NCBI GenBank assembly: GCA_028280285.1
Contig: JANQMA010000026.1
Coordinates: 822 to 64,821, forward strand
Direction: 5' to 3'
Length of the DNA: 64,000 nt
Origin: Candidatus Omnitrophota bacterium
Lineage (GTDB): Bacteria; Omnitrophota; Gorgyraeia; Zapsychrales; Zapsychraceae
The notes below the pieces were generated by a model. It worked only from the letters and a program-made list of their open reading frames with translations. It did not search any database and was not told where the DNA came from. The translations under genes and the position numbers were made by a program. Positions 56,913 to 64,000 of the stretch are shown in pieces. Position 1 is the stretch's first letter. Every line of letters starts with the position of its first letter.

Positions 56913-57582
56913 TTGTTTCGGCGATGATGTGCTTGCGGCCATTACAGATGTGTCGACGGATTTTAAACTTACACCCGAGGACAATGATTTAAACGACACG
57001 CAGCGCACCTTTCTTAAAAATAATTTAAATCTAGATGATGTGGTTAATATCCGTCAGGTGCATGGCAACAGAGTTGTCTACGCACAAAGTAGTGATCAAC
57101 CGATCGAAGAGGCGGATGCCCTTATCACCGACAAAACAAATATTCCTATTACAATCCGCACCGCTGATTGTGTGCCGGTATTTATGTATGATCCGGCCCA
57201 TCATGTTATCGGTATTGTTCATGCCGGCTGGCAGAGCACGCATAAAAAAATTGTACAAACGACACTTGATATGTTAAAAGAGAAATTCGAAACTGATCCA
57301 AAAGATGTTAAGGTTTACATTGGTCCCTGCATTCGTAAAACAAGTTTTGAAGTAGGGCCTGAGTTTAAAGAGTATTTTCCGGATGAATATGAAGCTATTG
57401 ACGGTCAGGGGTTTGTTGATGTTGCCGAGGCGAATAAAAATCAGCTGCGTAGCCTAGGTGTTGTGGATAAAAATATTGAAGATTGTGGGGAAGATACGTA
57501 TACTGATAGCAATTGGTTTTCATTCCGCCGAGATGGTGAAGCCGCCGGGCGGATGCTGCATGTGATGATGCTTAAGGGTTGA
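56899..57582 (+). CDS. pgeF: YfiH/PgeF-family (DUF152, laccase-domain) protein
   Basis: RQVHGNRVV, TADCVPV and HAGWQ motifs. GGGAG lies 6 nt before ATG 56899. Confidence 0.75.
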   Translation: MRRIDCFGDDVLAAITDVSTDFKLTPEDNDLNDTQRTFLKNNLNLDDVVNIRQVHGNRVVYAQSSDQPIEEADALITDKTNIPITIRTADCVPVFMYDPAHHVIGIVHAGWQSTHKKIVQTTLDMLKEKFETDPKDVKVYIGPCIRKTSFEVGPEFKEYFPDEYEAIDGQGFVDVAEANKNQLRSLGVVDKNIEDCGEDTYTDSNWFSFRRDGEAAGRMLHVMMLKG

Positions 57583-57607
57583 GGGTAATTGAGTAATATG
57601 GAAAAAT

Positions 57608-57688
57608 GTAATTAGTAGTTAGTAATTGGTAATTGGTGGCCAATGTAGAATTTAGCTGACTAATTACTAAATACCAATTACCAAATAC
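57608..57688 (+). terminator. Heptad-periodic hairpin, family C (gtaattg / ccaatta)
   Basis: Left arm gtaatta gtagtta gtaattg gtaattg. Right arm ctaatta ctaaata ccaatta ccaaata. Confidence 0.55.
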
Positions 57689-57724
57689 ATTTGTACAGAT
57701 TAATATCTAAAACAAGGAGCAGGT

Positions 57725-58042
57725 ATGTACATTGTGGTTTATGTAACAGCTAAAAGCACTCGAGAAGCCAATAAAATCGCAGAAGCGTGCGTTAAAGAAA
57801 AATTAGTCGCTTGTGCGAATGTTTTGACCGGAATGAATTCGATTTTTTGGTGGGATGGCAAGATTAACCGCGAAAAAGAAGTTTTAGTTGTTATGAAATC
57901 ACAGAAAAAGCTTTTCAAACGGATTATGGCAACCGTTAAGAAAAACCACAGCTATATTGTCCCCGAAATTATAGCTCTTCCAATTGCCGACGGTAATTTA
58001 GAGTATTTTAACTGGATTCGGCAGTCGACCAAGGTTAGTTAG
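57725..58042 (+). CDS. cutA: Divalent-cation tolerance protein CutA
   Basis: 105 aa. KLVACANV...S.FWWDGKI...E pattern. Confidence 0.8.
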   Translation: MYIVVYVTAKSTREANKIAEACVKEKLVACANVLTGMNSIFWWDGKINREKEVLVVMKSQKKLFKRIMATVKKNHSYIVPEIIALPIADGNLEYFNWIRQSTKVS

Positions 58043-59528
58043 TTTCAGCCTCTTGCCTTTGCCGGGCAATAAGATCTTCCAAGTTAGCTTTTGCTCTAAG
58101 TGACGCGAGATATTGCTCAAAAGAAGCCGTGCGTTTTTGTGCAAGCAGTTGTTGCATAATCTTTTCTTTTTCTTCCACAAAGCCGGCCGGATCCGCACTT
58201 ACGTGACTGTCCAAATGAAGAATGTAAAATCCTGTTTCTGTTGAAACGATGCCGCTGATTTTATTGGTCTGACTGAGACGAAACGCAGCGTCTTGAAAAG
58301 AAGAAGAAATACCAATCTTGGGTAAATACTGCCCACGCAGAAATTCGGGCGTTTGTTTGATCTCTAAGCCAAGTTCTTCGGCGGCTTGACTAAAGTCGGT
58401 TGTTGCTGCGTACTTTTCTTCGAGAGAAGCCAAAGTTTTTTCAGCCTCGTTTTTGGCAATGTCTTTGGCGTTTATGCGGCGTACTTTATCCGCCACTTTT
58501 TCTTGAGCTTCCTCATATTCAGGCACGTAAGCCTCACGGCTTTCGGCTAATTTGATCAGCAAAACGCTTTGGCCTGATTGAATAGGAGGAAGGATATCGC
58601 CTTTTTCTAACTGAAAGATTTGGTTGAACACATCAAACGACCAACCGAGTGTCAGGTTTGGCTCTTCACGGCTAAAAAATCCGCTTGTTTGAATAGTAAG
58701 GCCGTTGTCTTGAGCCACAGCGGCGAGATCTTTTGATTCGAATGCCTTTTCATAGATCGTACTGGCTTTGTCGAATATTGCGTCGTTAACCGTTTGTGCG
58801 TCATCCCCATCTTCGATTAAATCAAATTTTACAAATTCAACGTTTATGCTGTAAGGCACGAGAAACTCTAGCTGGTTGTCGCTGTAATATTGTCGGGCTT
58901 CCTCTTCGGTATAAGAAGACTGGTCTTTGTAATTTTCCGGAGTGAAGAAGAGATAGCTGATTTGCACCTTTTCATTTTGTTTTTTAAAGACGTCTAAAGC
59001 TTCTTCTTCGGTTATTGCAATATCTTTGGTTGTTTGGGCGATGACTTTGGACATTTTGATTGAATCGCGAATACTTTCTTCAAAGTTACGCGGTTTCATC
59101 TCAAAAACATAACGGACAACATCGTTATAAAGAGGAGTGTCGAATTGGCCATTACGCTGGAAAAATTCATAATTTTGAATGGTGTCAACGATTTCTTGGT
59201 TTTTGACTTTGATCCCTAGACGGTCCGCTTCCTTAAGGACGATGAGCCGGTCCCAGGTTTGTGCTTCAAAATTAAGGTAGGGACGGACTTCATTATATTT
59301 ATCGCCGTAGCGGATAATGCTTTGCACGCGCACATCGGCCAAAGCTTTTTGATAGTCTTCAATACTTACCTTTTTGCCGAATATTTTTCCTGCGTAATTT
59401 GCACTGCCGGGATTAGTGTCATTGAGTAGATAGGCGGTTCCAAAAATACCGAATGATAAGATGATGATGACCGCGATAAACCAGATCAGCTTTTTCATTA
59501 CACCTTTTTTACGTAATAATTTAAGCAT
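58035..59528 (-). CDS. PpiD/SurA-like periplasmic chaperone / parvulin-type PPIase with N-terminal anchor
   Basis: The start MLKLLRKKGVMKKLIWFIAVIIILSF has GGGAG 5 nt upstream on the minus strand. SurA-N-like region and a C-terminal parvulin-like segment (ISGIVSTETGFYILHLD). Confidence 0.65.
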   Translation of the reverse strand: MLKLLRKKGVMKKLIWFIAVIIILSFGIFGTAYLLNDTNPGSANYAGKIFGKKVSIEDYQKALADVRVQSIIRYGDKYNEVRPYLNFEAQTWDRLIVLKEADRLGIKVKNQEIVDTIQNYEFFQRNGQFDTPLYNDVVRYVFEMKPRNFEESIRDSIKMSKVIAQTTKDIAITEEEALDVFKKQNEKVQISYLFFTPENYKDQSSYTEEEARQYYSDNQLEFLVPYSINVEFVKFDLIEDGDDAQTVNDAIFDKASTIYEKAFESKDLAAVAQDNGLTIQTSGFFSREEPNLTLGWSFDVFNQIFQLEKGDILPPIQSGQSVLLIKLAESREAYVPEYEEAQEKVADKVRRINAKDIAKNEAEKTLASLEEKYAATTDFSQAAEELGLEIKQTPEFLRGQYLPKIGISSSFQDAAFRLSQTNKISGIVSTETGFYILHLDSHVSADPAGFVEEKEKIMQQLLAQKRTASFEQYLASLRAKANLEDLIARQRQEAETN

Positions 59529-59635
59529 TTGTACTCCCTTATATAAATATATGAATAGTTTCAACGATTATACGATTGCCTTTGTGATTTGACAAGGCGT
59601 TTTTGCCTGCAGCTTCGCTGCAGCGATAAATTCGC

Positions 59636-59664
59636 TTTACATTTCCAATACCCATGGCTATAAT
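59636..59664 (+). promoter_or_regulatory. Putative sigma70 promoter for hisG (TTTACA-N17-TATAAT)
   Basis: TTTACA at 59636-59641, 17-nt spacer, TATAAT at 59659-59664. This leaves a leader of about 130 nt before ATG 59804. Confidence 0.45.
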
Positions 59665-59803
59665 ACGCTCTGTTTTATTAATGAGCCTTCAACTTATGAA
59701 GCCAAAGGCGAACATAAGTTTTTAGGCGAATTAATCCCGAGTTGCTGTCTTTAGCTGTTAGCAACGAGGGACCTAGTATAATATTTATAAATACGAGAGA
59801 TTT

Positions 59804-60685
59804 ATGACCGCAAAGAAGTTGAAACTAGGGTTACCAAAGGGCAGCCTTCAAGACGCAACGATCAAAGTCTTTGAACGAGCAGGGTTTAGGATCTATGTCT
59901 CGGGACGTTCTTATTTTCCGTCCATTGATGATGTCGAGATTGAGCCGGTTTTGTTAAGAGCCCAAGAGATGGCGCGTTACGTGGAAGAAGGGGCCTTGGA
60001 TTGCGGGATTACCGGGGCTGATTGGGTGTCGGAAAACAATTCAAAGGTTAATGTCCTTTCTAATTTAGTATATGCTAAGCAGAGTTCGGTGAAAGTCCGT
60101 TGGGTCCTTGCAGTTCCGGAAAAGTCAAAAATCAAAACGGCAAAAGATTTGGGTGGTAAAAAGATTGCAACGGAAGTGGTTAATATCACAAAGAAATATT
60201 TGCGTGATCATAAAGTAAAGGCTGAAGTCGAATTCAGCTGGGGTGCCACAGAAGCAAAGGTGGCCGACGGGTTGGTTGATGCGGTTGTTGAATTAACTGA
60301 GACTGGCAGCAGCTTACGTGCACACAAACTAAGGATAGTTGATACGGTGGCCGAGTCCATCACACAATTTATTGCGAATAAAAAAGCCACCAAAGATGCG
60401 TGGAAGAAGAAAAAAATGGATCAATTGTCAATGCTGCTCGAAGGAGCGATTGCGGCGAACAATATGGTGGGCCTTAAAATGAATGTGCACGAAAAAAATT
60501 ATGAAAAAGTGTTAAGTGTTTTATCATCACTGGAAAACCCGACGGTGTCGCCTCTCGCGAAGCCCGACTGGGTCGCGATTGAAACAGTCATTGACGAAGG
60601 TACAGTGCGTAACATTATTCCGCAACTGAAAAGTGCCGGAGCGACGGGGATTATTGAGTACCCATTGAATAAGTTGATATACTAA
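59804..60685 (+). CDS. hisG: ATP phosphoribosyltransferase, long form
   Basis: [23 protein letters not shown]-terminus. 293 aa including the C-terminal regulatory domain. Confidence 0.85.
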   Translation: MTAKKLKLGLPKGSLQDATIKVFERAGFRIYVSGRSYFPSIDDVEIEPVLLRAQEMARYVEEGALDCGITGADWVSENNSKVNVLSNLVYAKQSSVKVRWVLAVPEKSKIKTAKDLGGKKIATEVVNITKKYLRDHKVKAEVEFSWGATEAKVADGLVDAVVELTETGSSLRAHKLRIVDTVAESITQFIANKKATKDAWKKKKMDQLSMLLEGAIAANNMVGLKMNVHEKNYEKVLSVLSSLENPTVSPLAKPDWVAIETVIDEGTVRNIIPQLKSAGATGIIEYPLNKLIY

Positions 60686-60698
60686 AATAAAATTGATT

Positions 60699-60775
60699 AA
60701 ACTTTAAACAATAAACATTAAACTGTTTGGCAAGATGTGAGTATATTGTTTAATGTTTAAAGTTTATTGTTTAAA
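60699..60775 (+). terminator. Heptad-periodic hairpin, family B
   Basis: Left arm aaacttt aaacaat aaacatt aaactgt, then loop, then right arm gtttaat gtttaaa gtttatt gtttaaa. Confidence 0.55.
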
Positions 60776-60808
60776 AATAATCCAAAACATTATCAGTCAG
60801 GTTACAAT

Positions 60809-60910
60809 ATGCCTTGCGGTAAAAAAAGAAAAGCCAGAAAAATTAGAACACATAAGCGTAAAAAACTACGCAAATCTATGCGTCACTTAAAGAAACGTAA
60901 ATCGCGTTAA
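60809..60910 (+). CDS. 33-aa highly basic protein, bS22-like (AURKAIP1/COX24-type) small ribosomal protein candidate; absent from the ORF track
   Basis: Hand translation gives MPCGKKRKARKIRTHKRKKLRKSMRHLKKRKSR*. This matches my recollection of the MPxGKKRK..K..THKRKK.LRK.RH pattern of bS22-type proteins. Confidence 0.55.
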   Translation: MPCGKKRKARKIRTHKRKKLRKSMRHLKKRKSR

Positions 60911-60959
60911 TTCTTTACTTTCCTTGCATCAAATCGCCTACAGGGTGAACAGGAGTGAC

Positions 60960-61964
60960 ATGTTGGATAAAAGCAGACAAAAGTTAGTGGGCATTCTCAT
61001 TGCAATGATGCTCGTCGTTGCTTATCCAAAACAGGTGTGTGCCTTTGCATTCCAAGATCGCGTAGCTACCGCCAAGAGCCTTGCGCATTACATGACAGGC
61101 CAGATTTATGATCTTCTTGGGGATCCTAAACGCGCTGCCATGGCGTATAAGGCGGCGTCTCAGTTTGATCCTTCCAGCTATTTAATTCGTCTTCGTCTTG
61201 GCGTTGATTATGCCCGGCTTAATATGTTGGGAGCCGCCGTTGAAGAGCTTAATATGGTCGGTGAGCTCAATAAAGACGAACTGCAGTCACACTATCTGCT
61301 TGCCCTTATTTATTCTTCGACACGACAGTTTGATAAAGCCGCGGAAGAATACGAGTATATTCTAACCACATTTTCTGAGTCAGACCCGAAGAATATCGAG
61401 ATCCATGGGTATCTTGGTCAGCTTTATTATTCTCAAAAAAAATATGATCAGGCCTTAAAACAGTTTGAACAGATTTATGCCTTGGAACCGGAGAATGCCG
61501 ATATTATGTATCTTCTAGGCTCTCTGTATATTGAAACCGGAAGAAGTGAAGAGGCATTTGAGATCTTAAATAAATCTATTAAAATTAACCCTAATCACGA
61601 CGGTAGTTTAAATACTTTGGCCTACATGTATGCCGAAGAGAACCGCAATTTAGATGAGGCGCTTGAGTATGTCAAACTGGCGATTAGTTTGTCCCCTGAC
61701 AACGGGGCCTATATCGATACCTTAGGATGGGTTTATTTTAAGAAAAAAGAATACAAAAAGGCTTTAGAGGCTTTGGAAGATGCCAATGCATTACTTAAGG
61801 ATCCTATCATACTTGATCATCTCGGTGATGTTTATATGAAGTTGAACAAACCTGATAAAGCGATCGAAAATTGGGAAGCTTCGTTAAAACTTAAGCCCGC
61901 TCAAGAAGAAGTTACGCGCAAGTTAAACGAGGCCCGCAACAACAGTGCCCACCGTACCGAATAA
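60960..61964 (+). CDS. TPR-repeat protein with signal/anchor sequence
   Basis: ATG 60960 follows AGGAG. Hydrophobic N-terminus followed by about 7 TPR units (A..Y......P.N...L..LG.VY). Confidence 0.65.
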   Translation: MLDKSRQKLVGILIAMMLVVAYPKQVCAFAFQDRVATAKSLAHYMTGQIYDLLGDPKRAAMAYKAASQFDPSSYLIRLRLGVDYARLNMLGAAVEELNMVGELNKDELQSHYLLALIYSSTRQFDKAAEEYEYILTTFSESDPKNIEIHGYLGQLYYSQKKYDQALKQFEQIYALEPENADIMYLLGSLYIETGRSEEAFEILNKSIKINPNHDGSLNTLAYMYAEENRNLDEALEYVKLAISLSPDNGAYIDTLGWVYFKKKEYKKALEALEDANALLKDPIILDHLGDVYMKLNKPDKAIENWEASLKLKPAQEEVTRKLNEARNNSAHRTE

Positions 61965-61972
61965 CGACAAAC

Positions 61973-62902
61973 ATGAACACCCTCACCCTCAAGTCCCCGG
62001 CTAAAGTCAATCTCTATTTAGAGGTTCTCAACAAGCGCGCCGACGGCTTTCACTCGATTGAGACAGTTTTTGAGAGACTTGATTTATGCGATGAAATAAC
62101 CTTTAAAAAGACGGCCAAAGATGGTATTACGATCAAATGTGCACATCCGCATGTCCCCTGTGGGCCTAAGAATTTGGTCCATAAAGTGGCCGTCCGGATC
62201 CAAAAAGATTTTGGTATTAGTGCTGGCGTAACCGTAACGATTAAAAAAAATATCCCGGTGGCGGCCGGCCTGGCCGGGGGCTCCAGTAATGCGGCAACGA
62301 CTCTTTTGGCTCTTAACCAGTTGTGGAATATAGGTTTAAGTAAATCCCAGCTTGATCGCTATGCAGCTGATCTTGGGAGCGATATTAATTTTTTCCTTAA
62401 TAAAGCCAGTTTTGCCCTTGGCACCGACCGTGGCCAAGTGATCCAAAAGCTTAATATTAGACGGAAATTGTGGCATATTGTGGTTGTCCCCAAGGTTAAA
62501 GTTTATGCGAAAGATGTCTACCAAAGCCTGTCCATTTCACCTGCCTCAGATGCTGTAACTACCCGTCAAACCAGGAGGTTAGGATCCAAAGCGGAAGGTG
62601 TCACGAATGTGTTGACAAAGAAGAAGCAAGGTGTTAATATTCTAATCCATCATTTGGAAAAAGGCAGTCCTTTGCACATTGCGCAGGGGATGAGCAATGA
62701 TTTACAGCAGGTGGTTATCGGTCTTTGTCCTAAATTAGAGAAATTGCAGAAGAAGCTTAAGTCATTGAATGCTAAGGGGGTTATGGTTTCAGGAAGTGGC
62801 CCTGCGGTGTTCGGCTTAACTGATTCTCAAAAAGAAGCGCAGGAAATAAAACGTATTTTAACCAAAACGTATAGCCAGGTCTACGTAACGAGAACTCTTT
62901 AG
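61973..62902 (+). CDS. ispE: 4-diphosphocytidyl-2-C-methyl-D-erythritol kinase
   Basis: SPAKVNLYLEV..KRADGFH and the GHMP motif PVAAGLAGGSSNAA. Confidence 0.85.
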   Translation: MNTLTLKSPAKVNLYLEVLNKRADGFHSIETVFERLDLCDEITFKKTAKDGITIKCAHPHVPCGPKNLVHKVAVRIQKDFGISAGVTVTIKKNIPVAAGLAGGSSNAATTLLALNQLWNIGLSKSQLDRYAADLGSDINFFLNKASFALGTDRGQVIQKLNIRRKLWHIVVVPKVKVYAKDVYQSLSISPASDAVTTRQTRRLGSKAEGVTNVLTKKKQGVNILIHHLEKGSPLHIAQGMSNDLQQVVIGLCPKLEKLQKKLKSLNAKGVMVSGSGPAVFGLTDSQKEAQEIKRILTKTYSQVYVTRTL

Positions 62903-62916
62903 AAAGAGGGGCGCCT

Positions 62917-63288
62917 ATGGAAGTGACAGAAGTTCGTGTCTTCCCAAAGGAAGGACAGGATAAAAAGTTAAAGGCATATGCAACAATTACGTTTGAAGAT
63001 GCGTTTGTTGTCAGAAACATTAAGGTTATAGAAGGTTCGAATGGACTTTTTATCGCTATGCCGTCGCGTAAAAATAAAATTTCGTGTTTAAGTTGCGGTT
63101 TTAAGAACGAAATCGGCAGCAAATTTTGTAATCAATGCGGTGTGAGGATTAATGAAGAAAGAGATCTCTCCGCAATCGATGTTAAGAACGAACATCGGGA
63201 CATTGCGCATCCTATCACGCAGCAATTTCGCGACTATCTACAGCAAAAAATCCTTAGTGAGTACAGTCGAGAAGTCGCTTCTGTATAG
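62917..63288 (+). CDS. spoVG: SpoVG-family protein with a zinc-ribbon insertion
   Basis: MEVTEVRV...KAYATITFEDAFVVRNIKVIEGSNGLFIAMPSRK and RDIAHPIT match the SpoVG core. A CLSC...CNQC insert sits between them. Confidence 0.8.
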   Translation: MEVTEVRVFPKEGQDKKLKAYATITFEDAFVVRNIKVIEGSNGLFIAMPSRKNKISCLSCGFKNEIGSKFCNQCGVRINEERDLSAIDVKNEHRDIAHPITQQFRDYLQQKILSEYSREVASV

Positions 63289-63340
63289 GGTTTAGATAGT
63301 TTTTCTGCTTAACCGGTAGAAAATTTCATATTTAAACGAA

Positions 63341-63411
63341 TGCCCGGTGGTGTAATGGTAGCACACGAGAATTTGGATCTCGTTGTCTAGGTTCGAGTCC
63401 TGGCTGGGCAG
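63341..63411 (+). tRNA. tRNA-Gln (anticodon TTG)
   Basis: Hand-folded cloverleaf. Acceptor TGCCCGG/CTGGGCA (U1-A72). D arm GTGT-AATGGTA-GCAC. Anticodon arm CGAGA-ATTTGGA-TCTCG. T arm CTAGG-TTCGAGT-CCTGG. No encoded CCA. Confidence 0.85.
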
Positions 63412-63429
63412 TTTATGTTGTCTAAGTAA

Positions 63430-63505
63430 GCGAGCATGGATGCTCGTTGCTGGTCGCTCGTCGCTCGCAAAAATCGAGCATCAAGCATCAAGCATCGAGC
63501 AACGA
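63430..63505 (+). terminator. Heptad-periodic hairpin after tRNA-Gln
   Basis: Left arm tcgttgc tggtcgc tcgtcgc, loop caaaaa, right arm tcgagca tcaagca tcaagca tcgagca. Followed by aaaaaa then ATG. Confidence 0.5.
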
Positions 63506-63509
63506 AAAA

Positions 63510-64000
63510 ATGAAAGATTTGCAAACAATCATATTAGCAGCGGGTAAAGGAACACGCATGAAATCAAGTGTTCCGAAAGTCCTGCACAGTGTTTGCGGTA
63601 AGCCGGTGATCCAGTATGTCTTGGATATTACCAAATCAGTCGGCTCTTTGAAAAATTATGTTGTGCTGGGTCATAAGGCCGATGAGGTGGCCACGCATCT
63701 TCCTCAGGAAGCGGTGATTGTAAAGCAGAATAAATTGCTTGGCACCGCCGATGCGGTGAGAACAGTTGAGAGTAAATTGAAGTCTTATCGGGGGCATGTG
63801 TTGATCCTTTGTGGGGATACGCCGCTTTTAAATAAGGTGGTTATCCGCGAGCTGATTCGTAAGCACAAAAAGACCAATGCCTCGGCCACAGTTCTCACAA
63901 CCGTTGTGCATGATCCACAAGGGTATGGGCGTATTATCCGTGATGAAAGTGGTAATATGATTGCTATCCGTGAAGAAAAAGATGCCGCTGGATTTGAAAA
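63510..64000 (+). CDS. glmU: Bifunctional GlmU (UDP-GlcNAc pyrophosphorylase/GlcN-1-P acetyltransferase), 3'-truncated by window edge; absent from the ORF track
   Basis: Hand translation gives MKDLQTIILAAGKGTRMKSSVPKVLHSVCGKPVI..., containing the LAAGKGTRM nucleotidyltransferase signature. Open to the end of the window. Confidence 0.8.
   Translation, partial: MKDLQTIILAAGKGTRMKSSVPKVLHSVCGKPVIQYVLDITKSVGSLKNYVVLGHKADEVATHLPQEAVIVKQNKLLGTADAVRTVESKLKSYRGHVLILCGDTPLLNKVVIRELIRKHKKTNASATVLTTVVHDPQGYGRIIRDESGNMIAIREEKDAAGFE

Noticed and set aside
59681-59725. Classical histidine-operon leader-peptide attenuator upstream of hisG.
   Set aside because: The only small ORF in the leader has no His codons. 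It is kept only as a low-interest structural observation.
13749-63505. Heptamer-repeat elements as CRISPR arrays or ordinary tandem-repeat (VNTR) loci.
   Set aside because: The units are 7 nt with no spacers. Each locus is an inverted pair of arms of ~30 nt. No cas genes are present. The structure is hairpin-like, not an array.
1-64000. Mobile genetic elements, prophage, toxin-antitoxin or defence islands.
   Set aside because: No transposase, integrase, recombinase, phage structural, restriction-modification or Cas-like motifs appear in any long ORF. tRNA-Gln is not followed by an integrase. The only repeat-bounded segment (20.6-27.5 kb) carries ordinary metabolic genes.

Overview
This 64-kb window comes from a moderately AT-rich bacterial chromosome (about 40% GC by eye). 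It is almost fully coding, mostly on the + strand. The Mla lipid-transport operon, a PpiD/SurA-like chaperone, lipoproteins and lipid-linked glycosylation genes point to a diderm. The taxon cannot be fixed from sequence alone; the style resembles uncultivated PVC/Omnitrophota-type genomes, which I cannot verify. The standout is the first 17.3 kb, which holds three tandem giant genes (>2680, 1849 and 1109 aa). They share an N-terminal module of about 340 aa (preceded by a signal peptide in the two complete genes) and a ~55-aa C-terminal module (GGIDLNP..LDLQIKRD..G.PLP...GF.P.I.NI.P..N.PL.LG), but their central cores are unrelated. The first gene carries a complete, motif-intact alpha-D-phosphohexomutase embedded mid-protein. 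Downstream lie three copies of a WbpB/WbpE/WbpD-like 3-amino-sugar module with WecB, GT2/GT4 transferases and a minus-strand operon of polytopic GT-C-like membrane proteins. Housekeeping genes follow: trxA, panD, def, lipA, mlaEFD, ybaB, greA, rlmB, hisG, ispE, spoVG, tRNA-Gln and glmU. The second recurring signal is non-coding. At least 12 hairpins at gene 3' ends have arms built from tandem degenerate heptamers, and they fall into several sequence families. A twin ~115-nt rod-like hairpin pair sits upstream of rmuC. I saw no transposase, integrase, phage, CRISPR or rRNA genes. All domain calls come from motif recognition by eye; no database search was possible.
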